From Bacteroidaceae bacterium (GTDB lineage: Bacteria > Bacteroidota > Bacteroidia > Bacteroidales > Bacteroidaceae), in assembly GCA_024398405.1 (NCBI GenBank), contig JAKSJE010000002.1, positions 2,474-66,473 on the forward strand: DNA of 64,000 nt. Direction: 5' to 3'. The number at the start of each line of letters is the position of its first letter. The first letter of the stretch is position 1. Shown in pieces: positions 1 to 11,900 of the stretch. The translations under genes were made by a program, and so were the position numbers. The notes under the pieces were generated by a model, which did not search any database, was not told where the DNA came from, and worked only from the letters and a program-made list of their open reading frames with translations.

Positions 1-408
1 CGATGAACTTGCCAGTGACTCTGAGGCGTGTGTAGTGCTGAGGTGTGTTGTTGATGATGGTGACGAGGTAGCCGAAAGCGCCCCGAGCTTCGGACAACGA
101 GGCATCAACGGTGACGAATATCTTACCTTTCTTGCCAGGTTTGACATTCTTGCGCCTGTAGGTAGCAGTGGTGCAGCCGCAGCTGGTCTCAGCTGATATT
201 ATGCGCAGTGGTGCGTCACCCTTGTTGATGAAGGTGAATGTGACTTTCCGTTTCTCTTTTCGCGACACGCTGAGCTCGCCGATGCCCATGACGGTCTCAG
301 CGAACTCCATCTCAGGTGCCTTTGGTTCTTCGAGACGGGGGTCGGTCTGTTGGGCACTCAGTGTGAGGCTGACAACCAGCGTGAGCGTGGTAAGCAAGAG
401 TCGGATCA
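1..408 (-). CDS. DUF1573 domain-containing secreted protein (partial; 3' end lies beyond the window)
   Basis: Absent from the ORF track because there is no stop in the window. My minus-strand translation from the ATG at 406-408 gives the signal peptide MIRLLLTTLTLVVSLTLSAQ. It continues with ..FTFINKGDAPLRIISAETSCGCTTATY..KPGKKGKIFV, the CGC-containing motif typical of DUF1573. The start lies 22 nt downstream of the preceding gene's stop. Confidence 0.7.
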
Positions 409-429
409 TAGCCAGGAATCATGAGGTTA

Positions 430-2961
430 TCAGTCATGCGAGCCGTTCCTGCCTGCCTGAGCCGCTCCGACCATATCGGATGACTTCTTGAAATTCGCCT
501 TGCTGTCAGGATGGAACTCCAGAATGAGGTATTCGCTCGCCAGTCCATCGACATCCAAAGCACGAGTAATCACGCCGGGCACATTGTGGAACCATACTGA
601 TTTGTCTTTTGTCTTGTAATATGGTTGGACTCCCAACTTTATATGCTCTTCATAGTCGGTGAAGTAGTAGTAATGGAAATAGTATGTCCCATCGCCGTTC
701 AATCCAGGGTTAGCGGGGAAATACGGTTGTGGTATGTCAGAATTCTCCCATGAATATCTGGTCTTTTCCTTGTCGAGGAAGTACCTGAATGACTGATGGT
801 GGAAGTACAGTCCCATCTCGCTCCACTGCTCACTGATCAGTGATGTGTTCTTCATCACCACCTTCGTGATGAAATGGTATTTGTATTTGTTGCCGCCCTT
901 GTCCCTCTCGATCTCGACCAGATAGGTCCCGGCGTTATACATGGAGGCGTACGCCAAGTCGCTCACCGTCATTTTCTTGTCATAGAAGAGCACAGGTTCC
1001 CCACCGTCCTTCCGATAGCCCGGTATCATGTAGTAGTATTTCCCCAGTTCCTCGGTGGTGACATAGGAGAAAATGTAGTTTTTGCCTTGTTCCAGTTTGC
1101 CGGCGTAAGATTTCAGGTTCATCATCACAAAGGATTTGTCATCCTCGCCGATGGTCGATTTCCTGCTGTTGAAGTAATACAACGCCATGACCGGCTCATA
1201 GCGTTTCGGGTTCGCCCTCGCTTCAAGTCCCACGTTGGAGAAAGAGAACGACCCGCTGAAGTTCAGTGACATATTCCCGTGTCCGTCATCCTTGACAATA
1301 TTGTATGAGGCATCGTTGCCCTTCCCTAATGACGGAGTGACCAACAACGTGCCTTCGCCTAAGTTGATACTCTGTCCGATTGGGAAAGGGGGGAGAGTAT
1401 AGCCCATCAATGTCAGTTGCGCTTCTGGGTCGAAATGGATGCTGTATTCGATTTTTGTGTTGGACGAGAACTCAAGACCGTATTCGCCTTTTCCTATGCT
1501 GGTGTCGAAGTTGAGTGTGAGATCGGCCATCAGTGAGCCACCGACTCCAAGACCTAGCAGGCGGGTGCTTTTGCCACCGCTGGGGAGCCCCACCGATGCG
1601 CCGAGATAGCCAGACACCCCACCGCTTATCTTCAGGAACCCCTCCGCCTCGATAGGGTCCCATGTGACATAGGCCCTGCCCGACGTGGCCGGTCCTTCTT
1701 TTCTCGTCACTTTGTTACCCTTGGTGATGACGGTGGTGGTAGATGTGGGTTTATAGATATTGACACCCACCTTGCCCATGAACCCGATGTCGCAACTCAG
1801 CTGAGGTGTAACCTCCAGATACAGGAACAAGGCCGGCATTGAAGGGAAGGGGATATTGATGACGAAACTCCTGTCGTTTCTCCATGCCTCCTTGTCAACC
1901 GAGGATTTCTCGAGCAATGCCTCGATTTTCTTGTGATACTTGGAGTATATGTATTCGAGGTCGAAAGGAGCGCCACCTTCCGAGACGGAATATGATATCT
2001 TGTAGTGCGACTTGTCAACGATGGTCTCCTTGCGCACTGTGTTTTTAGGATTTTTCTTGTCGAGTTGTATATCGACGGTGACATTCTGGTCGATAATCTC
2101 GTTGACTGAGAGCTCGATTTCCAGACCGGCATCAGATAGTTCGGAGAGCGCCTTTGCGAGAGCTGAGCCCGGCAAGAAATATTTAGCCAGTTCGCCCGAC
2201 GATGACGAATTGAACTTGAACAGTTCCGCGGTTTTCGAGGTGTTGTGACCTTTCCGGTTATCGATATCCTCAGTCTCGCCATCGGTCCACACCTCCATTC
2301 CGTCGTCATTCGATTCATAGCAGCATCCACGGGACTTGGCGAGTGCTATGTCGGCAGTCTTTTCCTCTTCCTTCCACATGCGCATCGCCTTGACGCGGGC
2401 AGGAGTGCTGACGCCGTCGAGGATGTCGTAATCGGTAATGAGCGGACATTCAGGGTCAAGTCCCATGGCCACGCACTCCTCGCTATCGGGTATCACGATG
2501 TCATGGGTGAGAATATAGTCGATGTTGAGGCTTACGTCGAGTTCGTCGAACACCTGTTCCATTCCGGCGCGTCGTGTCACCATCCTGTACATACCCGCCT
2601 CATGAGTGAGCGACTCCACGTAGTTGCATAGGCCGGTCGGCAGTATGTGTGAACAAGGTGCTGAGACATAATGCCCCGGACGGATGAGCAAATCCGTCGG
2701 TATATTATCAGAGAAACAGAGTATGGAATCGGCATCGACACTGATGAGATAGTCCATGGCCGCCTGTTTCAGCACCACGGTGCTGTCAGAATACTGGAAA
2801 GTGATGTCGCCGTACTCAGTCTCCTGAGTGTACGGTTCATCAAAACCGACCTCCTCAAGTTCCTCAGCAGACTTGTCTTCGGAAAACAAATCCTCTTCCA
2901 TGGAGAGTGAACAGCCGACGAGGAGCAAGAGCGAAAGCGAGAGTATGTGTGATTTTTGCAT
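430..2961 (-). CDS. large lipoprotein of unknown function (operon member)
   Basis: Corresponds to ORF 430..3090. I prefer the internal ATG at 2961, which gives the lipobox-type signal MQKSHILSLSLLLLVGCS. Contains Gly/Ser-rich beta-type segments (GGVSGYLGASVGLPSGGKS, LGLGVGGSL). No catalytic motif recognised. Confidence 0.8.
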   Translation of the reverse strand: MQKSHILSLSLLLLVGCSLSMEEDLFSEDKSAEELEEVGFDEPYTQETEYGDITFQYSDSTVVLKQAAMDYLISVDADSILCFSDNIPTDLLIRPGHYVSAPCSHILPTGLCNYVESLTHEAGMYRMVTRRAGMEQVFDELDVSLNIDYILTHDIVIPDSEECVAMGLDPECPLITDYDILDGVSTPARVKAMRMWKEEEKTADIALAKSRGCCYESNDDGMEVWTDGETEDIDNRKGHNTSKTAELFKFNSSSSGELAKYFLPGSALAKALSELSDAGLEIELSVNEIIDQNVTVDIQLDKKNPKNTVRKETIVDKSHYKISYSVSEGGAPFDLEYIYSKYHKKIEALLEKSSVDKEAWRNDRSFVINIPFPSMPALFLYLEVTPQLSCDIGFMGKVGVNIYKPTSTTTVITKGNKVTRKEGPATSGRAYVTWDPIEAEGFLKISGGVSGYLGASVGLPSGGKSTRLLGLGVGGSLMADLTLNFDTSIGKGEYGLEFSSNTKIEYSIHFDPEAQLTLMGYTLPPFPIGQSINLGEGTLLVTPSLGKGNDASYNIVKDDGHGNMSLNFSGSFSFSNVGLEARANPKRYEPVMALYYFNSRKSTIGEDDKSFVMMNLKSYAGKLEQGKNYIFSYVTTEELGKYYYMIPGYRKDGGEPVLFYDKKMTVSDLAYASMYNAGTYLVEIERDKGGNKYKYHFITKVVMKNTSLISEQWSEMGLYFHHQSFRYFLDKEKTRYSWENSDIPQPYFPANPGLNGDGTYYFHYYYFTDYEEHIKLGVQPYYKTKDKSVWFHNVPGVITRALDVDGLASEYLILEFHPDSKANFKKSSDMVGAAQAGRNGSHD

Positions 2962-2974
2962 ATTCGAATCGGGA

Positions 2975-3703
2975 TTATGGTGTTTGCAGTGATTCGTTTG
3001 GTGGTAATGGAATGGAGAAAGATAGTTGGACTGGGGCAGACGGAGTGCCGTCGTTGAGACCGGTGAACAATGTGGAGTAACCGAAGTCATAGACTTGCAG
3101 CGTCACAGGATTGTAGGCACGGAGATTGATATAGTCATTCGCCTCCTCGGGATCGCCGATTGTGAATGGGCTCCAGACCCTGAAACAGTAGATGGTCCTG
3201 TCCTCGTCCATCGGCCTGGCCAGTCCGCGAGGCACGCCGTCCGCATCGAAGGCCCCGAAAATCCAGTTTTTCTGAGGTACTTTCCCATCTATCAGTATAT
3301 GTGCATAGATGACCATGTCAGACGGATACTCATATACACTCACTTCCCAGCGTGGCATGACACATACGGTGCAGGTGTCGCTACGGCTGTTGATAAGAGT
3401 GGTGGCCATCACCTTGCTCCACCCTTCCTTGTTGGCGAGGATGGTATCGTTCATGCATTTGACGATGCTGTCCTTCTCAGCCTCCCAGAAGACTGATTTG
3501 GAGCCTACGCTGTCAGGGTAGATGTAAGGAGCAAGGAAGAATGTGTCCTGCACCATGACATAGACAGTGTCATAGGTGAACGTAAGACTCCTCACCTGAT
3601 TGGTCTCGGTGTCGAAGTCCATCTCTATCAGTCCGCAAGAAGTCAGTCCGAGACAAATAAGGACCAATGCCGAATTGCGTATTCTCATGAATGCCCTAAT
3701 CAT
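2975..3703 (-). CDS. small lipoprotein of unknown function (operon member)
   Basis: 242-aa ORF with signal MRIRNSALVLICLGLTSCG (Cys lipobox). An alternative start at 3688 is possible. It overlaps the upstream gene by 8 nt and lies 14 nt from the downstream gene. Confidence 0.75.
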   Translation of the reverse strand: MIRAFMRIRNSALVLICLGLTSCGLIEMDFDTETNQVRSLTFTYDTVYVMVQDTFFLAPYIYPDSVGSKSVFWEAEKDSIVKCMNDTILANKEGWSKVMATTLINSRSDTCTVCVMPRWEVSVYEYPSDMVIYAHILIDGKVPQKNWIFGAFDADGVPRGLARPMDEDRTIYCFRVWSPFTIGDPEEANDYINLRAYNPVTLQVYDFGYSTLFTGLNDGTPSAPVQLSFSIPLPPNESLQTP

Positions 3704-5945
3704 AAGTCTGTGGATTTGTGTTGGAGGCCGGGACAGTTACGGTTACCGAATTGGAGTCGTGAGACTCACGACCGTCTTTGAAACGAAGTTTGACATATAC
3801 GGTCTCGAACGCACCTGGAGCAGAGCGTGGCAGCCGGATTTCCCTCCTCGTAATCGGCTGTGAGATGAGGAACATGCTTTTCCTCATGTCCTGGTTCTGA
3901 TGATATATGCAGATGTAGCAGTCATCGGTTCCTTCACCCCCCTCCATAGGATGATTCCGGTCTTTGATGTCGATAAGGAAAACCATCTCCTCTTTTTCCA
4001 TGTCGTAATGTCCTGACAACACAATCGGGATATCGACGAAACGGGATCCTTCGTAGGCTATGCTCACGACAAGACTCAGACCGCTTCCGACCGACCAGCA
4101 TGAGAAACTCTCCATTGCATACTGGTAATCCTTATGGCGGTTGTAGGCCGGTGTGTCGGTCACCCTGAGAATGTCGTCAGCAGCTTTGATGGAGTCGGCG
4201 TCGTAGATGCCCAGAGTATCCCATCTCTCCTCCCCGTCTGTGCGACGCAACAGGACATGGTGATCCATAATCTGTTCGTTGCTGCAAGACCATTGCATGT
4301 GTATTCCTGATGAATCGACCTCGGAACGTAGCAGATGAGGCGGCATGGGCTTCAGCCGTGTGGGGCGCACCACCTGCAGCCAAGGAGTCAGTTCGCCGAT
4401 ATTGGTTGAATAGTCTATCGCGCGTACCTTATAATATATATATTTCTGGTTCACATCCAGCGCCACGGTATCGACGAACATGCACTCCTTATGCTTTCCC
4501 TTGGTGGCTTGTATGAAAGTGTGAGTGGTGTCGTTCGCTACAAGCACATCGTAGTATTCGATATCGTCATCCACGGAGTCAGGCTCCCATGACAGAGTGA
4601 TGGTTCCATCCTCCAGACTTGCGTCAGCCTTGAAGTTCCTCATCATCGAAGGCGCCTTGACGTCCTTGATGCTGACCATCCGAGGTATGGAATACGACAC
4701 ATTATGAGCGGTGTCGTAGGCAGCCACGACCACCATGCCTGTCGAGAGTCCCGTCATGTCGCAGGTGAAGAGCGAATCGGTAGGAGAGAGCAAGTCAGGC
4801 GAGAGTTCCTTCCATTCCCGTTTTGTGTTTCTTTCGTTGTAGTACATAGGCATGAATCCGACAAAGTCATCCTCCAAAGAGTCTTTCCTGAAATGGAACG
4901 TAGCCATCACCTGCTTTGACAGGTCATATGGGTCCTGACGGTCAATCTCCACGAAGATGACCTCAGGAGCCTTCGGTGCCTCGATGTCCGGCATGACCAC
5001 CGTATGTATAGGCGAGGCCTCTGTCAGTTCTCCGTATGGGTCATGTCCGAAGATGCGGTATTCGTATGTCCCGACATCCCCCACATAGTCATAGTACTGG
5101 CAGTCCATCTTGCCCTCCACCCGATTCACAGGTGTCATGTTGAGATAGGGAATGTCTGTCAGGCGTTTCCATTCAGTCTCGCCTTTCATCCGTCGGTCGA
5201 TCTCATAGCTGGAGTACCCACGGTCTTCCCACCACAGCACCATGCGGTAAGGCTCGGTTATGGAATCACCAATTTCAATGTCGAACTTAGGAGGCACATA
5301 CTTTTCGTTCGTAAGCCTCTTGCTTGCAGAACCAATCTGAAGGGTTCCGCTTTCGTCGAAATACGACGGCATCACCGCATATTCGTACTTACGTCCTTCC
5401 TCCACGTCCTTATCCACCCAACGCATTGCCACATGGTCAGCCAAGTCCTTCCTCCACTCCGCCACAAGCATGGTGAACATAAGATGCTGTTTTTGGTTCT
5501 CGCTCAGTTCAAGCCATGACCCCATAGAGCCCTGTGCCGACCTCGTCTGGTCGGGTCGCATCTCCCTGCCACCGTAGAGCAGTCCGATTGCCATGTTGGC
5601 AAGTGAGTCCTTGGCGGAATATGAGCGTATGAACTGCTCTTTCGTCCAAGGTCGCAGTTCCGTGACAAGCGTGTCTATCCCTCCGGTGTCGTCAAATCTG
5701 ATGATATCAACACCAACTTGGTATAATGCCTGTTGGACAGCCCAGTCCTCGGCAGCCCAACGAAGGACGATACTGTCGCCATAACACCTTGCGTCCATGA
5801 TGATAGCCGCCATCGGAGCCTTCTCCCACCTCTGAGGAACAGAGTCCTCTGCCCCAATCTCCTCCTGAGCACGGACGTGGGCGGTCAGGTATCCCACTGG
5901 CAGGACCAGTACTGTCACCAGCAATGTCATTATAAGTCTGTTCAT
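3696..5945 (-). CDS. secreted multi-FN3-like repeat protein, function unknown
   Basis: 749-aa ORF with signal peptide MNRLIMTLLVTVLVLPVGYLTAHVRAQ. Recurrent FN3-style strand motifs are present (YEYAVMP, YEYRIFGHDPYGELTEAS, YIYYKVRAIDYSTNIGELTPW). These are separated by AP..P linkers. Confidence 0.75.
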   Translation of the reverse strand: MNRLIMTLLVTVLVLPVGYLTAHVRAQEEIGAEDSVPQRWEKAPMAAIIMDARCYGDSIVLRWAAEDWAVQQALYQVGVDIIRFDDTGGIDTLVTELRPWTKEQFIRSYSAKDSLANMAIGLLYGGREMRPDQTRSAQGSMGSWLELSENQKQHLMFTMLVAEWRKDLADHVAMRWVDKDVEEGRKYEYAVMPSYFDESGTLQIGSASKRLTNEKYVPPKFDIEIGDSITEPYRMVLWWEDRGYSSYEIDRRMKGETEWKRLTDIPYLNMTPVNRVEGKMDCQYYDYVGDVGTYEYRIFGHDPYGELTEASPIHTVVMPDIEAPKAPEVIFVEIDRQDPYDLSKQVMATFHFRKDSLEDDFVGFMPMYYNERNTKREWKELSPDLLSPTDSLFTCDMTGLSTGMVVVAAYDTAHNVSYSIPRMVSIKDVKAPSMMRNFKADASLEDGTITLSWEPDSVDDDIEYYDVLVANDTTHTFIQATKGKHKECMFVDTVALDVNQKYIYYKVRAIDYSTNIGELTPWLQVVRPTRLKPMPPHLLRSEVDSSGIHMQWSCSNEQIMDHHVLLRRTDGEERWDTLGIYDADSIKAADDILRVTDTPAYNRHKDYQYAMESFSCWSVGSGLSLVVSIAYEGSRFVDIPIVLSGHYDMEKEEMVFLIDIKDRNHPMEGGEGTDDCYICIYHQNQDMRKSMFLISQPITRREIRLPRSAPGAFETVYVKLRFKDGRESHDSNSVTVTVPASNTNPQTYD

Positions 5946-5969
5946 ATCCTATTCAAATCCGTTCATGTC

Positions 5970-8900
5970 TTATTCTTTCCAATCCTCTAATTCCCTACCT
6001 TTCTTTACGGCAGCATCTCGTTTTGGTTTGATGTCGTTCCTGAAGTCAGCCAGTCTGCTCCGGAAATCGTTCACCCTGCCCTCTCCGAGTCCTACGAACT
6101 CACTCTCATCAATGCCCGCCGCAATAGCGGATTGCTTAACACTTGTCATTCCATTGACGATTAGAAACATTCTGGAGTGAGCATTACCGAAAACAGGGTA
6201 CTGCGACGAGATATAGTTATAAGCGTCGATGCCTGTCTGAAGGAGTGATGCCTTAGGACGTTTGCCTTGCGCCACAGTATTGGCACACTCTTCATACACG
6301 GTTTCAGCGGCATCCCACTTCGATTGCATGGTGTTGTACTTGCTCTGGCAGTCGTAGAATAACGCATTCACCTCACTGACGTTCTCGTTGTAATAGTTCA
6401 TGACGTAGTTCTTTATCCTACTCTTGGAGTTCTTCATGCTCTGATTGATCGCCATGTACGGCATTGAGTTGGCCTCTTCGTACATATTGTTGATTTCAGG
6501 CATGTATTCCGAGACGACAGTAGCGGCATCCTCAATCTGCTTTATCATGGCAGCGTACTCAGTCAGCAAGGCATCGTCCAACTTTCCCTGAAGGTTGGCA
6601 TACGCCTCACGTGCCCCACCTAGTTCATCCACCATGATAGGGAAGATGCCCACCACCCTCCTGGTGCTATCACGCATAACCGTGAAAGTGTCCATGAATG
6701 TCTTGGAATGGCTGAAAATCTGAATGTCCCTGTCAATGTCGCTTGCAGCAGGGTCAGGTTCGGAGAGTGCCGTGAGTTGCGAGTTGTTGTCACGCAGTGT
6801 AGGCATCCACGTCTCGGTGAGGGTCTTGTGGTTTGACTTGACACGTTCCACATAAGTGTCCCTGCCATGATAGACTTTCTTCCCATCCTTTTCCACGAAA
6901 AGGTTCTCAATGGTCTCTCTGAATCTGCCGAGAGCATGGTATTCCTCAAGGAACCGCGCTCGTGCAATGCTGTCATCAGGACTTATGAACGGCTGTCCGT
7001 GCTCAGCTATGTAATTCAGCGCTTCTATAGCCTCTGTCCGGATAGGAAGAAGCACGTCATTCCATGTATGACTGATTTCCCTTGCCTTGGTGGCAATGCC
7101 CTCAATCTGATTGAACGGCGTACCGGTGTAGTATTCCCTCACAGCGTTGTAGCGTCTCAAGAGTATTCCAGCATAAGGATTAGCCACGTCCGGCACTCTG
7201 TTCCTGATGGCCTCGGCCTTGTCAAGGGAGTCAGCGACCATTTCCGCAAGTCTGTTGACCGTTCTGAGCCTGTCACTCAGTTCCTCATAGATTCCGCAGT
7301 ATTCGTTGGCCGCATCGACGACATGGTCAAGGAAATACTTCGGACCGTACCATGTGTCGTTCACGCTCCAATCCCTGACAGCACCGTCACGGTATTCCCT
7401 GATATACTTCAGGATTTCCTCCTCGTATGACTTAAGTCTGTCAGTAGGAACTGACATACCAGCGGTCACTTCGCCTGCGATGGTGTTTATCTCCGTCTTG
7501 CTCTCTTTCCTTGCCGCATAGTACATCGCACTCATGTCTTCTAAGGTTTTCATTCCCGCATCGGCATAGAATCGCTCTGGGTTCTCGGTCTCGGCCAGAA
7601 TCTCGTCAGTAGGCATCCACCATCTTGCCAAGTCTTCCTTTCCTCTGAATTTTGTGTCCGCAAGGGCAAAGAATCTCACATCATTCCCCACAAACCATGC
7701 CCCACCCTTGCCGGAACGAATACTCTCCAAGTTATCCAGTTCTGTCATTATTTCCCTATTATTCAGACTGGCCGCTTGGTTGTTCTTGTCCTTGGCTGTG
7801 ACATACAGTGGACTCGTTTTCCTGAATCCCGCCTGAAGTATCCTTTCAAGGCAGTCAGTCCCACTTATGGATCTGAATTCCTTAACAGCATACTCGTAGG
7901 CACTGCGCATCTCCGTTATGCGGTTTGTGAACAGGGCGCAGTTATCCGCACAATTCCTCAGTGCATCCATGTCTCCACTGTGATAGTTCATCCTGTCGCG
8001 GACAATCGATTCGTAGAGGGCGTACATATCATCCACTCCCTTCATGCCGTCAGGACCGTTGAGGAATCCATTCCAGACATCGTTACGCAACTCATTGATG
8101 CTATCAATCCTCGCGACCATCGCATTGGCAGTGTCCCAGTCACGGTTCTGGTACTGGTCGAGGAACGACTCCAACTGGTACTTGCAGTTCTCAATGCGTT
8201 CTGGTATCTTACTGAATGACTTGACCGTCCAGAGTTGTCTCATCTCCAAGGAGTCATCATGAATGAGCTGCATGGCCTTGTTCGTAGCATCCCAGGCATT
8301 ATTGACAGTCTTGTATTGAGGTGAGTCATCGATAATCAAGAGCTCAAGCACAGATTGACGTATATCCATTATCTTAGTCCCAATGGAGTCAAGCTTATCG
8401 TAATAGAAGTCATATCCATCAAAGACACCGCTTATATCTCTCGCTTCGATCAGTTTCCTGTCGAGTTCATCGAGATAGTCGTTGATGACTTGTTCGTCCT
8501 CCGGAAGTTCATTCTTGTCAATCATCTTCTCAAGTTCCTCGATGACACCAGTGACAGTCTGAAGTTTATTGACATAGTTCGTATGGTAATCCTGAACGTT
8601 CTTCTGCATGACGGCAGCCTTTCTCGCCATGTCCCTGGCTTCATCTGCCAATTCATCGCAGTAACCGACGTTCTCATCCAAAGAAAGGTAGTACTCAGCC
8701 AACTCTGTCATTTGTCTCGCCTGATAAGCCTCACCACTATCGCATGAGTTATCGATGCTGTCACACCACGAGTCCAGATTCATGTAAGCCTCATGCCCAT
8801 CATTGTACAGAGTCTCATAACGCTTGTATTCCTTCGATTTCTGGTCGCTCATCATCCTCAGTTCATCCCATGCATCGCATAGAAGGTCATGGAAACCACC

Positions 8901-11900
8901 TCGATGGTTCTCGTACTCTTGTTTGCCGTTGACTAAGTCACCATATTTGTAATACAGGCCCCACTTCAGATCATCGCTGCTGCTCCGGGTCTTGTCGAAC
9001 AGTTCATAAGCACGGCGTACAGCCTGTTCCGCATTTGTCTTGGTCTTAGCTGAAGTCTTGTCATTCCTATGCTCGCAATAATATCCAAGCGTCTTCTTAG
9101 CATACGAGAGTGCCTCTGCACTTGTTGACTTGAGTTCCTTGAGGTTTTTCACATATTCGTTCCATGAAGGATCCTTGACTTCTTTCAGGCGGTTTGTCAA
9201 TGCGCCACTGTAATCAGTGACCCTCTTTGCCAACATCTCCATCCTGTCGTAATTGAAGGACTCACCGTCTGCCGTCGTCTTGTCAATGCCCGATGGCTCG
9301 GTGTCTTTGGTCTCGCCATCTGAAGTGTTTCCGGTATTACACCCACCCGAAGCGGTTACATCTGACGAGGTCTTGTCTCCGAATGGATCGTTGATATCAG
9401 CCTGGAACACCGCCATTCCGTTGAGGAGTCTGTCTGTCACTCCGTAATGTCCATTGACAAAGTCATAGGCGTTTATACGATAGCAGACCGCTGTCAGTTT
9501 GTTAATATGTTTCAAAGCGCCCTTCGCATCGAAGAATCTCGGAGTCTTGTCGATATGGTTCCATATGGTTTTTGCGTTCTGTGCACGTGGACTGTCATTG
9601 TTGAATCCTTTGAAAGCATCGCTTGCTTTCTCAAATGTAGCAATGGAGAATATGGTAGGCAGCATGTAATATGGTACAGATATTGTGGCATTGTTATAGG
9701 CGTAACTACCATCTTTTCCGATGACCTTGCCATCGGAAGCATAGGATTTATAGTCTTTTCCAGATGTCCCTATGCCGTCTTCGGTTATGTATTCTCCACG
9801 ATGAGCAGCCACAAGGTTGCGGATGTAGTCCTTCGCCCAGTGGTCACTGCTCCAGCTGTCATACCTCGAGCTGACCCATTGAGCCGCCTCTATGATCTCT
9901 CTGTTGAAAGCCTCGACGTCCTGATAGACGGATCGGATAGTGCTTATGATATCCCACACGTTGTGACTGATATCTTTTGAGTTGAATGTACTCGTCCGTC
10001 GGTACTGATACGTTGTAGGTCCTGAATAGACATAGTCCGCACTACCGTTAGTCATCCATTTGTCAGAAGGCTGATTCCAGTTCTCATAGGGTTTTCCGAC
10101 GGTTCTGAACAGCATGCCACGTATATCACCATACTCGCTGGCGGCCTTTTGCGGATTCGCCATTTTGTCATCATACAGTCCCTCGTATTTCCGTCCTCCG
10201 TGCTGGAATATGAGAGACTCGCTTGTGGTGACCTCCAGATTGAAGAAGCCTGACTCTGTGACATTCCATCCAGCCGGGAACACATAGTTGCTGAAATAGC
10301 CTACATACCAGAAAGGGTCGTAAGTATATTTCCCGGTTCCCATGAGCGCCACTTCCGTAGGCAGCGGGCTCATCTGCTCCATTTCGTAATCAACGAGTCT
10401 GCAAGCCACGAACGGTTCGTCGTACGTCACGTCCCTTTTGCTTATACCGGTATTTGTCCTCCAGTCTTTATCCGCGCCTGTAGTCTCTACGAAAAGACGG
10501 AGAAGGCAGGTGTCAACCAACTGGCTGACGTTCGAGCCAGATTCGTTGACTTTAGTTTCCTTGGTGAAGTAGTCCAGTTCAATGATGTACTTCTGGTTTG
10601 GTCTTGCGTTGAGAGGGTGCTCAGGCTCCATGTTCAGACCTACGATATCACCACCGTCCTTGTACTCCACAAACGCATTTCTGGCAATGTCGATTTGCTT
10701 CCCCATCGGGTTGAGCAGACGCCAATAGAGCGAGCCTTCCTTGAACGCCATATCGCGGATGTCATCATTGAGGGCGATGGTAGGTCTCTGTACGTCACCT
10801 AAATATGCTATCATATGCTCAGAAAGGCCGGACTCGGAGTCTTCTTTGATATTCTCGTTAGTAAGCATATTCTGATTGCTTGGATAGGCAACAGCCACAT
10901 AGTCAGACAGCGGAATCTTGTCGTTGAGTGTGTTACTGTTTTCTGTTCTGAAATAGTAACAAACCGTCCGGTTCCAAGGTCGGTAGTCACAGTCGTTGGT
11001 GATGGTATCGCATGTATAAGGGTCCTTATAGACACCGTCATGTAGTTCCTGTGCCTTGCCAGTCAAGACAAGTCGGTAGAATTTACCGTCATGAAGTGCC
11101 GACCTGAGTGCGGGCAGGTTAAGGAAATGGCGTGTGCCAGTGCTGTTTGCATCGAACGGGATGACAGTTTTCCGGCTCTCACCATAACCGACGACTCCGT
11201 CTCGCTTGACTTTCTTAGGCCAAGTGTCATCCTCAGGATCATTGTACTCATACAATACGGCATACTGGTTGTCTGTAGTGAATCGGAATGTACGGCAAGC
11301 CTGCATATAGAGTTTCTGGTGTTCCTTCGAGCCAGGCATTATGCCAGCGTTGTTGGCGATGCGCTCCAGTTCGTTGTTGTCAATAACGCGGAAATGTTCT
11401 TCGAGCGGCGCCTCGGTATCGACATACTGAGGAGTCCTCACGTTTCTGTTCAGCATTTTCGCTCCACCGTCTATACTCTTCTCATCTGATGCCCAACCGT
11501 TTTCCTTTATGGTATCACCGAGTGTGCAGTCACTGAAGAGCATGAAGTCATCGAGAGCGTTGCCTTGGAAGAGCACACACTGCTCACCTACGTCAAAGGT
11601 ATATGACTTGTCAATCTGGAACAGTCCTCCGAGGAGGTTCAGTTTCGCACGCACCTTGCCTTGGAAGTATGTAGGTCTCGGTCCGCCCATTTTCAGCACT
11701 CCACCTACACCTGCTTTCACGAGAGGGATGTCGTAGTTTACGAAACCGAGATCGAACTTTGCTCCGAGTTCCATGCCCATATAGGCATAGAGCTGACCAC
11801 GGGCATACCAGCCGTTGTAGCCAGGCGACCTTCCGAAGTTCGTGCACAGAGCCTTGCCGTAATGGGTCAGTGAGGCGTCGAACCCTGCTATGGCCTCTAT

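Noticed and set aside
168-563. ORFs 168-491 (+) and 312-563 (-) at the left edge
   Set aside because: They overlap the better-supported DUF1573 coding frame (1-408, minus strand) and the 3' end of the 843-aa lipoprotein gene.
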